A stretch of 63,102 nt of DNA, counting the filler, from Neolecta irregularis DAH-3 (taxonomy: Eukaryota), in NCBI GenBank assembly GCA_001929475.1. It is 12 parts of 12 records of this genome, joined end to end, with 100 filler letters (N's around TTAATTAATTAA, not from the genome) between each part and the next. Parts side by side here need not be neighbours in the genome. Positions count along the whole stretch, not along the records: positions 19,969 to 40,272 come from LXFE01002904.1; positions 40,373 to 45,402 come from LXFE01000270.1; positions 45,503 to 46,534 come from LXFE01002912.1; positions 46,635 to 48,810 come from LXFE01000273.1; positions 48,911 to 51,376 come from LXFE01002926.1; positions 51,477 to 52,826 come from LXFE01002927.1; 6 more parts are not named here. One strand, given 5' to 3'. Made by a program: the position numbers and the translations under genes. Of the stretch, positions 38,900-51,934 are shown one piece after another. The notes beneath the pieces are model-generated. The model had not been told where the DNA came from. It saw only the letters and a program-made list of their open reading frames with translations, and did no database searches. Within the stretch, counting starts at the first letter, position 1. Every line of letters begins with the position of its first letter.

Positions 38900-39600
38900 T
38901 ATTGGAAGGGCGAAAAGGAACATTTGAAGAGCAACCATTTGTTTTAGGAAGGCAGTCGTTAGTTGTGAGGACAAGTAGACCTGTGCGAAGGCTATTTTAT
39001 AAGATGGACAGAACACCTGACACCCTGTCTCAGATAAAGACCACTGATTCGCCAGAACTAGAGCAGCGCGTCCAACCGCGCGTCCGTCGAAGAAATCTGA
39101 ACTGTCCGTCCCTCGGAGAGTTGTCCGGCGGCAGGCCATTGGGCAGATTATTAAGCCACACCCCCGCCGAAGAGATATTAAACACCCACCCTGAGAGTGC
39201 TAGGGCAGCTGTCGAGCTGTTGAGTGGTTAGGGTTATTCTTTCTCCCTTAAATTATTGTCTGAGACACACGAGATTTTCCCTGAGACAGTATGTAGGCCT
39301 TGGCATCCCGGTTTGGGAGACATTAGAGCCTTTCTCCACTTGATTTGAGTCAGTGTTGGCGGAGATTAGCCGTTTGCATCGCTGTGTCATGTTGTGGTTG
39401 ATTGGCGTAGTTGGAGTTTTTATGTCACGTGTTACATGGAATGCGCCCCGCCAAAACCTTTGAGCGATATACTGTTAACAACTCCAGCTGTAGCAGCTTG
39501 TTTCTGAATCTGTTTGATGTTTTGAGTTGCTGCTGGGTTCCTGTACCTTTAGAAATGTGTTGCTAAGTCTCTTTGAAATTGTGAGTAGCCTTTAGGTACT
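38900..39600 (-). mobile_element. Probable solo LTR / LTR-derived repeat (second copy)
   Basis: Similar to about 30530-30830 and to the reverse complement of about 18320-18410; left boundary uncertain. Confidence 0.6.
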
Positions 39601-39606
39601 TACAGA

Positions 39607-39994
39607 CCGTGTTGGCAATGGGCCATGGGCATAACCCGATCCATTAAAAGCCCGCGGGCTTAGAGAAAAAAGCCCGTTTCGGCCGATCAGCCCAGAATTT
39701 CACGTGATATTAAATAATGCTATGTAGCCCTTCTCCCATGTCTCCTCCCTAACTTCCTACCCGCCTCGCCTACCAGCCTCGCAAGGCCGTCTCACCGGCC
39801 TCTCCCATCTCGCCCTCATTGCATGCCTCTCGCGCCTCTCCTGCCTCGCGCGCCCGTCTTCACCTCGCGCTCCACGTCACCACCCAAATTGATTGTCACA
39901 TGTTAGGCCAGGCCCGGCCAATGTGCCACTCCATGGGCTGGGCTGGACCCTCAGAAAAGCCCATGGGCCAGGCTTTGGCCCATTGCCAACATTG
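39607..39994. mobile_element. hAT-like MITE (about 390 bp) with terminal inverted repeats
   Basis: TIR consensus CAGTGTTGGCAATGGGCCA. Flanks CTTACAGA / CTTGAGGA may be a decayed 8-bp TSD. Related pieces at about 11449-11475, 40106-40171, 61953-62125 and 62740-62780. Confidence 0.75.
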
Positions 39995-40759
39995 CTTGAG
40001 GATGATACAGTTGAAGCAGAAATAGTCATGAGGAGAAATAATAGTAGTGTTGGAAGAAATGGCAAGATAGAAATCAATTTATATTAGCAATTGTCNNNNN
40101 NNNNNGTCCATGGGCTGGGCTGGACCCTCAGAAAAGCCCATGGGCCAGGCTTTGGCCCATTGCCAACACTGCTTGGGGATGATACAGTTGAAGCAGAAAT
40201 AGTCACGAGGAGAAATAATAGTAGTGTTGGAAGAAATGGCAAGATAGAAATCAATTTATATTAGCAATTGTCNNNNNNNNNNNNNNNNNNNNNNNNNNNN
40301 NNNNNNNNNNNNNNNNTTAATTAATTAANNNNNNNNNNNNNNNNNNNNNNNNNNNNNNNNNNNNNNNNNNNNCCGCAATATGATTCCACGCCTCTTGCCG
40401 TATTGGTAAGGTGTACCTGAAGGGTACATTCTTACACATTATGGACACTGTGAAACTGGTTATTTATATATTTGCAAGATTCATGCTGGGTAGGCTCTTG
40501 CCCGATATGCTATCGGATTTTAGGCGGCTAGTCAGCCTTGATTTGTTCCAGTAGTGGTTGCTTTTGGAACACCAATATACAAGAATTTGCGTTAGTTTAT
40601 GCAGTGCGAAGTCAGAATCTTGCATGCTGATCTTTGGCTGTGTATTTTCATTTTCTTCTCCCTTGCTCGAGTTTCACTTTTGCCAATCTTCATTTTTTCT
40701 GTCCCGACTCGTAATCACGATCTGTGCAATAGATTCCAGTCTTGCCGCGTTCTTCCCGC

Positions 40760-41670
40760 ATGCGCTCTGAGGAAGTCGCAACCGCAACATTTACGCGCGC
40801 AGACCAAATCGAGGAGTTGCAGCAGCAACGGTTTGCGACTGGAGTTGTGCCGTAAGTTTTTGCTGATGATATGAATGCGCGCTATTGACTACAGAGCAGC
40901 ATCGACGACTTGCTGGAGGGCGGATTTGCATCATCTTGTATTAGTGAGATTGCAGGACCAACAGGCAGCGGGAAAACGCTGTTGGCCTACAAACTGCTTG
41001 TTTCAGCTCTCAACGCTTTCCCCGATGCGAGTGCTCTGTATATAGATACCATGGGTGCCTTTTCGCCCAAAAGACTCTCTACACTCGCATCCGGAGATGT
41101 TGCGCTGCTGGAGCGCGTAAAGCTGAGCAGAACATTTGATGTCTACGGTTTAATAGAAGCCGTTGATGAGATTCGATCCATTCCAAACCTTGCGGTGGTT
41201 GTCATTGACACTATCAGCAATCCGCTGGGTATTTTCATGTCAAAGGAGCAATCGCTTGGTTCGTACCTTGTATAATAGAAAACCAATATTTCAGGGCATG
41301 CGCTTATGATGTCCTTCTCTCGCTCTCTTTCGACTCTGACTCGAGAACTAAATCTATGTACTATTGTATGTTCAGATCAATCTTTGAGCTCACCTCAGCT
41401 TATCAACGTCACAGTAAAGTCAAAGGGTTTTACAGACAGTGCATTTGCGGATTGTACTCTGAAGCCGGCTCTTGGCCCTAGCTGGACTTTTTGTACTGAT
41501 TTGTGTTTGCTTTTGCGGGGAATCTCTGTGAATTTTGCGATTGCTGAATTAATACGTGCCCGCGACCAGGAACTTGCAATATAATGTTAACTCTACTGAT
41601 GGTATAGTGCATTGGCGATTGGAGAATCTTTAGTCTCGAATGTCAATCTGATGGATATCTCATGGAATAG
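40760..41670 (+). CDS. Rad51 paralog (RAD51D/Rdl1/Rad55-like RecA fold)
   Basis: FATGVVP|IDDLLEGG..ISEIAGPTGSGKT (Walker A); LYIDT.GAFS; VVVIDT (Walker B); KPALGPSW. Confidence 0.85.
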
Positions 41671-41739
41671 ACAATGGCAGAAAAATAAATAATATTATCA
41701 CCAGCTAAATGGGTTTGCCCTTCCCTTGTTTTCCAACAT

Positions 41740-43059
41740 TTAGAAATGCTCTGTTGGTTCTTCAGGCAAAAACTCTTCATCACTGACTTCTTTTTGCCAA
41801 GGCATGCGGACGATACCGTTAAACACAAATGTTCCGTACACTAGTACGATAAAACCTAATAGTGAAGAATGTACAAATGGACTCATACCGATGACTTGTA
41901 GCCATTTGAATGTTTCCCATCCAAGATATAAGGAAAGGACCCATATCCCAAGGGTTCTGAGTGTATCAATGGTACTTCTGGCAGTTGCACTGACGGTTCG
42001 GGTAACACTTAATCCAAAGAAATTGAATGATCTGAGAGTTAGTTGTGCCGAGAGTGTGTGAGATACGAAATTGAAAACATGATCGCGATAGCTGCGCCCC
42101 AGATCTTTGGTGAAGAGGTTACTTCTGACCAACCTTGGGCAATATCAAAGTATCCCTTCGTTCCCGCTCCGTATGCAAAATGCAGAACGAGCATAGCAAT
42201 GAGGGTACACATAAGACCGAAAGTGCCTTCCCAGCAGACAACTTTAAGTGGTTCTAATGAATATTTTTCCAATATGTGTTCCTCGAAAACGAACTGTGTA
42301 GCTGTGAACAACTGACCACACAAAATTAACATGACACCAAGAAGAGTTTTGAGGGCGATATCCTTATTGACCTGAGCGTGGATAGCAGAAAAAGAGTCGA
42401 CAGAGTGGTCTGAGTATATAGCGCCAGCAAATCCTAGTCTTAGTCTCGTAAAAAGATCTCAACAAACCAACGATGCAAACGCCGAGAACCACAAGAACTA
42501 GGGATATCCAATGATATATTCGTAGATGGCTTCTCAGAAACACAACACTGAACAAACCTACAAAGAGAACCAAAGCACCACGAGTCATTTGGAATATCGA
42601 AGCCGGAGTAAATAATAGACCAGTGTTCATCAAGGTTGTACCAAAAATATCGCAAAGTGCCGGCAAGGCGAGGAGCAGGATTTGATTCCCATGCATATGT
42701 TGACGTTTGCCCCCTCTTTCCAGAAGGGTTTCTACGGCTGGAGAATCGTAATGTACTGGGATAGGCTCATATCCGACTTTATGGCTATGATGGGAAAAGA
42801 GCCGATATAGTCCGAGAATAACCCAACAAAGGCTCTCTGCGAGAAACATATTGAGAGTTTGCCATACGGGCTGTTCGAAACTACGCGCCCGACCAGGTGA
42901 ATTGCAGTTTTCGACGCACTGAAGATCCTGATATCTAATTCGTTAGAGATGGTGGTAGACCGAGGAGCTCCACTTTGACAGAATTGTGTTCATCACACCA
43001 GAGACCAGCATACCTGCGACGAGCATCTGAACCACTAATCTCGAAGAGTTTTCGGCCAT
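41740..43059 (-). CDS. SLC35F6-like DMT/nucleotide-sugar transporter family protein
   Basis: FEQPVWQTLNMF, PALCDIFGTTLMN.GL, SIFQMTRGALV, FNFFGLSVTR.VSATARSTIDTLRT. Confidence 0.88.
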
Positions 43060-43752
43060 TGTGAAAAAAATGCCAGAAGTGGTGAAGGATAAAGAAAATT
43101 CCTACTTGGGACGGCAGTGGATAACCTGTCTTTCCCGTTATCGTCCTAATATGGGGCGTTTCGCCACCAAGACACCAAATCGAAATGTAAACAAACTTGT
43201 TTATAATTATACAAAAATACTACATTAAAGTGCCCGTATCAGAGAATGGGATAAGGCTCTCCAGCAGGTAATGAAAGGTCACCGAAAATCGGATTGAGCG
43301 TGACCTGTAGCTTAATGAGGAATAGGGTCCAGACCCCAAATATGGGTAGATTGAATTTGACTTAACACTATTTTATAACTGTGTGAATACTATTATCATT
43401 TTGATGCCCATCTGGCCAGACTCGAGAATCAACAGTCAATGCATACTCTGTGAGCTACATTCATCATATAGAGTTTATAGTTTTTAATTTGATTGCATGT
43501 ATATTTCCGAGCCACAAGAAACCAGGTTTTGGTTCAAGCAAGGGTGAGATACCAAACGCCACAATGAAACATTAACGAGAAATCTGCTCTTCAAATCAAG
43601 TCTAGTGATTTTCAATATAAACAATCCTTTGCTATTACAAGTAAAGTTACGAATTTACAAGATACATTGAAGAAGTAGAAATGCAGGGTGATGAAGCATT
43701 ACATCTAACCAGAAAGGACCCATTCATCCATTCATCTGTACATTTTTCTTTC

Positions 43753-45402
43753 TCATTGACCGTTCAAATATTCATTTGTGGAAAAGTCTTCGTATTGAGT
43801 TTCGTCCCACAGTTCTGCAAGATCTTCAAAAACATTCTTTGTGCCCTTTTTGATAGGATTACCTTCAGCGTCGACAGGCGGTGGGCCAGTGGTATCTTTG
43901 TCTTCTTGAATGGTTTCGCCAAGATTGAAGAGGTCAAGAATTTGGCCAGTGTCCATTGTTGACAAGCCCGCATTTTGTTGATTGACGACTGTTGAGGCGA
44001 TGTTGAGTTTGAAACGCTGAAGGCCCATAATTTTCTCCTCGAGCGTTCCACGAGTGATTAGACGGTAAACATTAACAACCTTCTTTTGGCCAAGTCGATG
44101 CGCACGATCCATAGCTTGAAGGTCTTTCATGGGATTCCAGTCGTGTTCGACAAAGATGACGGTATCGGCTCCGGTGAGATTTAAGCCGAGACCTCCGACA
44201 TGGGTAGTCAAGAGTAAGAGATCTATAGATGGATCTGCATTGAACATTTGTACGATTTCATGGCGTTTGCGAACATCTACTCCACCGTCCAATCGCATAT
44301 ACGACACCGACGGCATTAGCGCTTTGAAAATATCCTTTTCAATCATATCCAACATTTCCTTTTGTTGGCAAAATATAAGTGCTCGATGTTGGTTGACAGC
44401 AGCTGCTAGAGTCGCGCTTTCTGAATGATCGTCAATGGCCTGTACACCAATTCCACAATCCAATAAAAGTTCCTGTAGTGCGCGGAATTTCGGCGCATGC
44501 TGTAGGTCGCGAATATTCGAGCCCAAAACTTGGAGCTGTTTAATAACTTTTTGATATTTCGGGTGATCGGGTTTAAGCACGAGTTGAGGATGATTGCATA
44601 GCTTTCGCATATACTGGAGAGCTTGAAACACATGGGTTTTCGCGGGTTTGGCATCTGAATCGAGTTGTTCGCCTAGATTTTCTGAAATGCGAGATTTTGC
44701 GAAATCTTGGTAGAGTTCTTTTTGAATATCGCTCAGTTCGCAGTAGTAGTCTTGGATGATCTTTGGGGGAAGATCTGATAATACATCTTCCTTTAATCGC
44801 CGCAAGAGGAACGGCAAAACTTGTTTATGCAACGCTTCGAGAGCCAGCGCCCCTTTTTTTGTATTAGCACGAGTAGTCGATCGGAGAAATACCGGCTTCC
44901 TGTTCCTTGGAAGAACTTTTCGAGTCGCGGCTGGCAGCAATTGGTTTTGCAAATCGTTCTTGAAAGACTTTCTCCGATCCCAAAAACCCGGGCATGAGAA
45001 AGTCAAACAAGGACCAAAGTTCAAGCACGTTATTCTGGATCGGGGTTCCAGAGAGAATTAAGCGATGTTCCGCTGGCAGGCGTTTAACCGCAAGTGTAAG
45101 TTTCGCCCGAGCGTTTTTGATGACGTGACCTTCATCAAGTACACAATAGTTCCAGTTCTGTTTGCTTAATTCATCAACGTCATTTCTACATATATCGTAT
45201 GTCGTGATGACTAGATCATGGGATGCCAAAGTGCTCCGAATTCTCTTACGCTCATTGGGATTTCCGGCATAGATCACTGCATCTATAAAAGGCGCATAGG
45301 TCTTTATCTCGAACTGCCAATGGCCGGCTAATGTAGGTGGACAAACGACGAGTGAAGGAAGCCGTCTATATTCCAACGACTGCATTTTTTCAAACCGTTG
45401 CG
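43753..45402 (-). CDS. MOT1: Mot1 SNF2-family TBP-associated ATPase, C-terminal part (5'-truncated by gap)
   Basis: VLDEGH, LSGTPIQNNVLELWSLFDFLMPG, ALEALHKQVLPF, LLTTHVGGLGLNLTGAD, QAMDRAHRLGQ. Confidence 0.96.
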
Positions 45403-45779
45403 NNNNNNNNNNNNNNNNNNNNNNNNNNNNNNNNNNNNNNNNNNNNTTAATTAATTAANNNNNNNNNNNNNNNNNNNNNNNNNNNNNNNNNNNNNNNNNN
45501 NNCCATACGATCGCGAATCCCTGGGTCGCCACAGTCACCACCAACCCGTTGGCTATCACTAATGGATTAGTAAAGGGAAACCACCAGCGTCATGGCTTCA
45601 GCCATTCAGGGTGGTCATCAGACTGACCTGATCGCTTGGATCCTTGGAGCGCTTACAGTGATATTGAAGGTGTCCGGTCCATTTGCTGTGGTAAGATTGC
45701 TGGAATGGAGATAATATTTGGTAGATATATTTAGAAAATATTCAATGTCTCATTAAAAGTCTTAACAGTCAAGTCTATT

Positions 45780-45905
45780 CAAGTCCAAACAAGCAAGTCC
45801 TTGCTTACTTGGTTATTTTTGTCCGCCGGACTTGCTTGCTTACTTGCTTATAAGCAAGTAAGCAAGCAAGTCTTACTTGAACGACTTGCTTGTTAGCAAG
45901 TCTGG
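45780..45905. mobile_element. MITE-like terminus with a perfect 44-bp palindrome (same family as 29232)
   Basis: GACTTGCTTGCTTACTTGCTTA|TAAGCAAGTAAGCAAGCAAGTC at 45829-45872. Confidence 0.75.
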
Positions 45906-46634
45906 GTGTAAGCATATACCCTTGGGTAGAGCTTACAATTACAGAAGGAAGGCTTGCAATAATATTGTGGCAATTTAATTTGTATTATATAAAGTAGATA
46001 GACGTTCATTACCTAGCCGAGTTCAGTCACTCAGGCTAGGTATGTCCACAGGGAGTTCAGTCACTCAGGCTAGTAAAAAGCAGAACCAGCAGGCACTGTG
46101 GGTATGCAGATGAGGGTGATGAAACTGCTTTTGCAAAGGGTCGCAGTGGGCAGTGGCCGACGTAATCAGGGACAGCTACGGGCAGGGGAGTATCTTCTCT
46201 ATGTGCGTGTGTCTCCCAGGCCTGAGCCCCGTAATTTCCTTCGGATCTAACAGCCGGTTCCGCGACCCTTATTTTGTTCGGCTGTCCCTATCGGGTTCGG
46301 CTCTCCCAACCCGGACGACAGCCACCAATTTCGCCCGGATCTGTTAACAAACAAATCCCGCTTCCATTATCGGGTTCTGCTATCCCAATCAGGACGCAGC
46401 CACCAGTTCTGGCCCGTTGTAGGCAGTGTTGATAGTTGTTAATGGGGTGGGGAGCCGTGGAGGGGGTTCTGAGGACAGTGTTGTGGATGGACCTAACCCT
46501 AAACCCTAATGGGTATTTAGGTAGGCCCTGGCATNNNNNNNNNNNNNNNNNNNNNNNNNNNNNNNNNNNNNNNNNNNNTTAATTAATTAANNNNNNNNNN
46601 NNNNNNNNNNNNNNNNNNNNNNNNNNNNNNNNNN

Positions 46635-48509
46635 AATCAGTTAGTCCAAAGGGATTCTCTTCTTTACCATCAAGCATGTATTATTCAAAACAAAGAAGCA
46701 AATTTGAGCAAACTTTCTAGTATTATAATAGAACCTTTTGAAAATTCAACTAGTCCAACATTAACTATTGATACTACTTCAGTTCTTTCTCCAGCAACAA
46801 CTTCTATTACTACAGCTTCTTCTTTTAGTACTATTAATGAGAAAGAGCACCAGGATTTAGTTTATAAATTTGCTAAAGCTCAGCAAGAGATTGAGGAATT
46901 GAAAAACCAATTGGCCCAAGGAGAAATAGCTCAGCATACACTTGCCCAAGCTCTTGATGACCCTGATCAAGAACAGGAAGTTATTAGTCAACTTTCATCT
47001 ACCTCCACAAAGTATCAACCCTACCAACCACTAAAGTATAAACACCCTATTCCATTACCACCACCTGCAGATTCAAAAATACTAGGGTTTCAAGAGAGAA
47101 GTAAAAGTTATATAGGTCATTCTAAATTCTATACACATTTATCTGAAAAACAAAAGGTCAAAGATACAAATACAAATACTAAATCTACTGAAATTATCTT
47201 AGGAATATCATCCTCAATACCTTCTACTAGTGGTACCCTTACTCCCTTCTCTAGAACTTTTCATCCTAAGGAACCAATTTGGGATAATGTATATTATTAT
47301 ATTCTTCCATTATGTTAAATTATTAGGCATTACCTACTATTCCCATAGGCCAAAATATCTCTAATATATTGGACTCTACTAGCTATCAAATGATTATAGA
47401 TAAACAAGAGAGTAATTGGAATGTATATTCTATTTCTTAATTCTATAAAACTGATGATTTAGAGCTATGTTGAGAGAATAATTCAGTTTAATGACCAGCA
47501 AGCTTCAATTTTCCTTCAACAAAAGCTCAAAACATGTACAATTGAACAAAAAGGATTTATTATAACTGCTGTTATTTCACAAGCATTTCCACTTATGGTT
47601 AATAAGTTTGGAAACTTTATTGTTCAAAGATGTTTTGAATATGGTACACCTTATCACCTTGCTCAGTTATCTACTATTATTGAAGGAAATGTTCTCACTC
47701 TTGCAATGGATCCATTTGGTTGTCATGTTATACAAAAATGCTTTGATTTCACTCCTGAAAGTTTCAAATTACTTATAGTTTCAGAAATGCTAAAAACAAT
47801 CCCTGAAACTGTTATTCATAAATTTGCATGTCATGTTTGGCAGAAAATGTTTGAAGTTAGATGGAACCAATCACCACCAACTATTGTGAAACATATGAAT
47901 GAAACTCTTAAAGGTAGATGGGCAGAAGTTGCAATGAGTGAGACTGGAAGTTTGGTTGTTCAAAATATTTTTGAAAATTGCACTGAAGATGAGAAGAAAG
48001 AATGTATACTAGAGGTATTATTATCTTTGGACCAAGTTATAAGAGGGAAATGGGGCAACTGGGTATGAGGCTCTATGAACTTGATCTAATATTCAAAGGT
48101 TATTCAACATATAGCTGAACATGGTGCCCCAAAATATTCAAAAAGAACACTTGCTTTAATTCTATCTAGCTCTGTAATTTATTCAGTTGATCAGTTTGCA
48201 TCTAAAGTTATTGAAAAAGTACTTAAAATATCTGGACAAAACTTTATTTCAAAGTATATTTCATGCATACTCAAGCCAGTTGAAGGAAGATCAAGAGTAC
48301 CATTAGTTGATATTGCTAGTGATCAATATGGTAATTATTTAATCAGTTGGTTGCTTTCTGCCCAACAGAGTGGGATTACTAAAGAGCAAAGAGGTCAAAT
48401 TTGCTCTACTATCAAGAAGTATCTTGTTAGTCTAAGAGGAAGTAAATTTGGGAGTAAAGTTGCATTTATGATAGATAGACCCTTTTCAACTGCAGAAAGA
48501 CAAACTTGA
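46635..48509 (+). CDS. Pumilio/PUF-family RNA-binding protein (5'-truncated, multi-exon)
   Basis: NDQQASIFLQQKLK, NKFGNFIVQRCFE, DPFGCHVIQK, HKFACHVWQK, WGNWVIQH, DQYGNYLI, SLRGSKFGSKVA. Confidence 0.93.
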
Positions 48510-48910
48510 AGGTAACTTAAAAATAGCAATTCTTTACTTTAAAATAGAACTTGTATTATAGAGTTATTATTTAGTGTAAGCATATAAGCTCACATATGCT
48601 TACTACATTTCTATTACTTTGTCCTAAATGGTGTTACATGGTACAACATGGTGTAACGTTGGTGTAACGTTGTATGACGTTAATATGACATCGCACAGCA
48701 CATGTCAATGAGGGACCTTCCTTTAGTTAAATAGCTTGCTTACCACCATACCTAACTATTCTCACTTTGTATCTATTGAGATATTAGGTATGCTGGATTC
48801 TCACTTTGTANNNNNNNNNNNNNNNNNNNNNNNNNNNNNNNNNNNNNNNNNNNNTTAATTAATTAANNNNNNNNNNNNNNNNNNNNNNNNNNNNNNNNNN
48901 NNNNNNNNNN

Positions 48911-49666
48911 TGCCAAACTGCCATACATGCAAACCGACCAAGAGCACTTAATTTTAAGAAATGGCTTTCTGGGGCTAATATTTTGGCATCTCAAAGAGAA
49001 CCTCAAGAACTCGAGAGATTTTCTCCACGAAAAATGAATGGATTTCTCAAATATTGGGCAGCAAGAACCCCCAGTGCCTCCATAGGTGATCATGAGCACG
49101 AATTTGACGCCATAGTTCTCGCTTTTCTCGCTTTATACAGCGAGAAACTTCGTCCAGACATAACAATCATTTACGATCCAGTCAAAAAGGTACTTTTTAT
49201 CGAAGGAGATAACTTGCACCTATTCATCTCCTCGATTGACTCTGGTGATTACATTATTGTACGAGACCAATCTGCTGATACCCATGTTCCTGTCATACTT
49301 TCAACGCTTGAGAAATCTAGCGAGCATTCCGAAACCGTCATTATGTTTGAACGAAGTATGGATCGTTTCCATCATGAATATCAGTATTCCGAACCCCGTT
49401 ATATCAAAATAAGATGCAATTCTTTCGATCGCCTTGAGAAAGCGCTAGTCGTCATTGGACTTGTTGAAGATTTACTCAATCGACCTCCAGAGTACGAGCC
49501 TGTACATTACTCTTTCCCAAACATGAGACTAGTCCGTGATGCAGTGACAGCTGTTCTTTTTAATGTATACGGAAATCCAACAACACTTCAACTGAATGCA
49601 TACCGAGGGCTCCGACTAGGCAACACCAACTTGGGTACCGATGATGTTGATATTATCACTCAATAG
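48911..49666 (+). CDS. Divergent member of the secreted PAN/NLS family (C-terminal domain; 5'-truncated)
   Basis: EFDAIVLAFL..IIYDPVKKVLFI..LHLFISS..GDY and ending VDIITQ align with EFLDIIALAFL..VFDPIKKSLFI..FYLFIVS..GDY and IDIITGT. Confidence 0.75.
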   Translation, partial: CQTAIHANRPRALNFKKWLSGANILASQREPQELERFSPRKMNGFLKYWAARTPSASIGDHEHEFDAIVLAFLALYSEKLRPDITIIYDPVKKVLFIEGDNLHLFISSIDSGDYIIVRDQSADTHVPVILSTLEKSSEHSETVIMFERSMDRFHHEYQYSEPRYIKIRCNSFDRLEKALVVIGLVEDLLNRPPEYEPVHYSFPNMRLVRDAVTAVLFNVYGNPTTLQLNAYRGLRLGNTNLGTDDVDIITQ

Positions 49667-50604
49667 TTGGGTTGTTATGTGTAACAGGACTACACAAAGA
49701 ATCTTTTATGTATCTATAAACAGGTCAAGAGTAGATTCCTTATTTTTCCATGTCCTCCCTGTAGAAATTGACACAGTCCACCATTTACGCAATCTTGTGA
49801 CTTGTTTGACTTTGAATGACTCAAATGAAGGTGATAAATGAAATGGCGTCATCCCCCATTAGCAATATTGATGCAATATTTAGGAGATATGCCTTAAGGG
49901 GCGGTTGAACACACTGTTTCGAATTGAATTATATTTCAAAACAATCATATATTCTTCATATCATCTCTTTTGAAATCTTGTCAACGAAAACAAATTACCA
50001 GAACAAAAACATCTATGAAATTCTTCGTCATTCATATGATTTGAAAATATTTGCAATCAAAATGAAAGATCCAATGGTCATGATGTATTTGAGGAAGTTA
50101 TAGAAGAAGATAGCTGCATTGCCCAGACGAACAGAATTGAATTGCCAAGCAGTCTATTGCACTCAATAATGCTTCAGCTTGAAAGGGGTCCCTCGACCAG
50201 CGATCGTGCAGGGTTCATTAGGACGAGATACACTTGGGAGGTGGTGTAAATGGTGTAAACTGCGAGAATGATTGCGGTGACAATGTAGAGCCTGACAAAG
50301 AGCATGGCGAAGAGCGCAGCAGTATTTATAAGGCCGAGCCCGGCCCAGCGTGGAAAGTACAAGGTTCAGTACTGCAACTGGCAAGATGGCGAATAGCGAT
50401 GAGTGGTGAGTGGTGAAAGACTGGAAGAGGGAGAGAGATAGGGAAAGGTCGAAAGGAGCAGCATCGTTAGAAACATCTTCCCGCAGCACTTTTTTATACC
50501 TTGGACGTTGATCTTTGCGTAGATAGCATAAAATACACAGCAGCCACAGAGGGACAAGGGGCGAGCACATCCTTGAAGGATGGCTATGGTTGACTGACTG
50601 CGGG

Positions 50605-50766
50605 CAGTGGTTGATTACGCAGTCAGTAGTTGATTACGCAGTCAGTAGTTGATTACGCAGTCAGTAGTTGATTACGCAGTCAGTAGTTGATTACGCAGTC
50701 AGGAGTTGATTACGCAGTCAGTAGTTGATTACGCAGTCAGTAGTTGATTACGCAGTCAGTGGTTGA
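50605..50766. repeat. 19-bp minisatellite (about 8.5 copies)
   Basis: CAGTAGTTGATTACGCAGT repeated head-to-tail with no spacers. Confidence 0.95.
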
Positions 50767-51476
50767 CTAACTGCAGGTGGTTGATGGTTGGCTACAGGCG
50801 GCCAGAGCAGCAACGCGGAGGAGATGCAGGGGGAGCCGGTCGAGTACTGGGAGGCTGAGACGAGGATGCTGGGCAGCAGGCGGAGGGCTAAAAGCAGTGT
50901 GGAACTTGGTGATCGCGAGGCAGGACTTGCTGCCGGGGGTTCGGAAGAGGCAAGGGAGTGCTGGGATACGGAGGACGTTTCATGCATGCCATTCGGACGG
51001 TGAACAGGCAGTCGATAGAGTGGGGCTTGGAAATAAAAACGACTTCATCGTTCCCCCTATTGACCTAGTTTCAAAGTTGGGTAAGACTTTCAAATGGATT
51101 CACGATTCGCACTGGCTTCAAACTTAGATGTAACACGTCCAGCGGTGTCGATATGTTGTGGTTCTTCGTTTGGTATGGGTCTCGAAGATTATCGCAAAAT
51201 TCATTCCTTATATCGCCGATACTTTCGCTGGAATGGTTACAAACGACTCTAGAAAATATAAACACATAGCCGTTGCGCTGTAGGGTCCAATAACTTTGTT
51301 CCTTGCGAGTATGGTAGTATTTGTCAGCTTCTTACCTATTATGTATGAAATCATTCGACGGTTGACATGATATTTTNNNNNNNNNNNNNNNNNNNNNNNN
51401 NNNNNNNNNNNNNNNNNNNNTTAATTAATTAANNNNNNNNNNNNNNNNNNNNNNNNNNNNNNNNNNNNNNNNNNNN

Positions 51477-51934
51477 ACTGCGGTATCATATCTGACGAAT
51501 ACACCATCGAGCTCCGTCATAAACCTTTCAAGCCGAAGCTCCTGCTTCGCGGGGCAAAACTTGACGTGAGGAATCTTGGCAACTTGCTCCTTCCCACTGG
51601 TGAAGTTTCTTTCATCAACCAGCTCGCGGTAGCTCAAGGTGGCAGTCTCAATGAGCCGGCTCCAAAGATTTGGGCTCTCTAGTTCTTGAGGGGATAATAT
51701 GGGAACCAGTATGAGATCGCACTGCATGAAGGAAGTCAACGAAATAGGCGCATCGCTTTTTAGGGTGATGTAAAAGTCCAAGGCCCAGTCTTCAGACATC
51801 ATGATCCTGCGCTGAATGAAGCCGTTGGCACGGATGAAGGATCTGTTGCCAAACAAGTCTCTCGCATCGATGACTCTACGGTAGTATGTGTTGACGGATT
51901 TGATGTGAAACTGGTTTATCTGCAGCTCAGTCAT
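51477..51934 (-). CDS. Hypothetical protein, 3'-truncated by gap
   Basis: Open frame from MTELQIN..; TATAAAA about 55 nt upstream on the minus strand. Confidence 0.5.

Noticed and set aside
46492..46509. Telomere-like CCTAACCCTAAACCCTAA
   Set aside because: Only about 3 imperfect units and not at a demonstrable chromosome end.
50163..50570. Small membrane-protein gene
   Set aside because: The hydrophobic frame is interrupted by a stop, and I could not build a convincing spliced model or assign a family.
50605..50766. 19-bp repeat array as a CRISPR
   Set aside because: Units are head-to-tail with no unique spacers, there are no cas genes, and the context is eukaryotic; it is a minisatellite.
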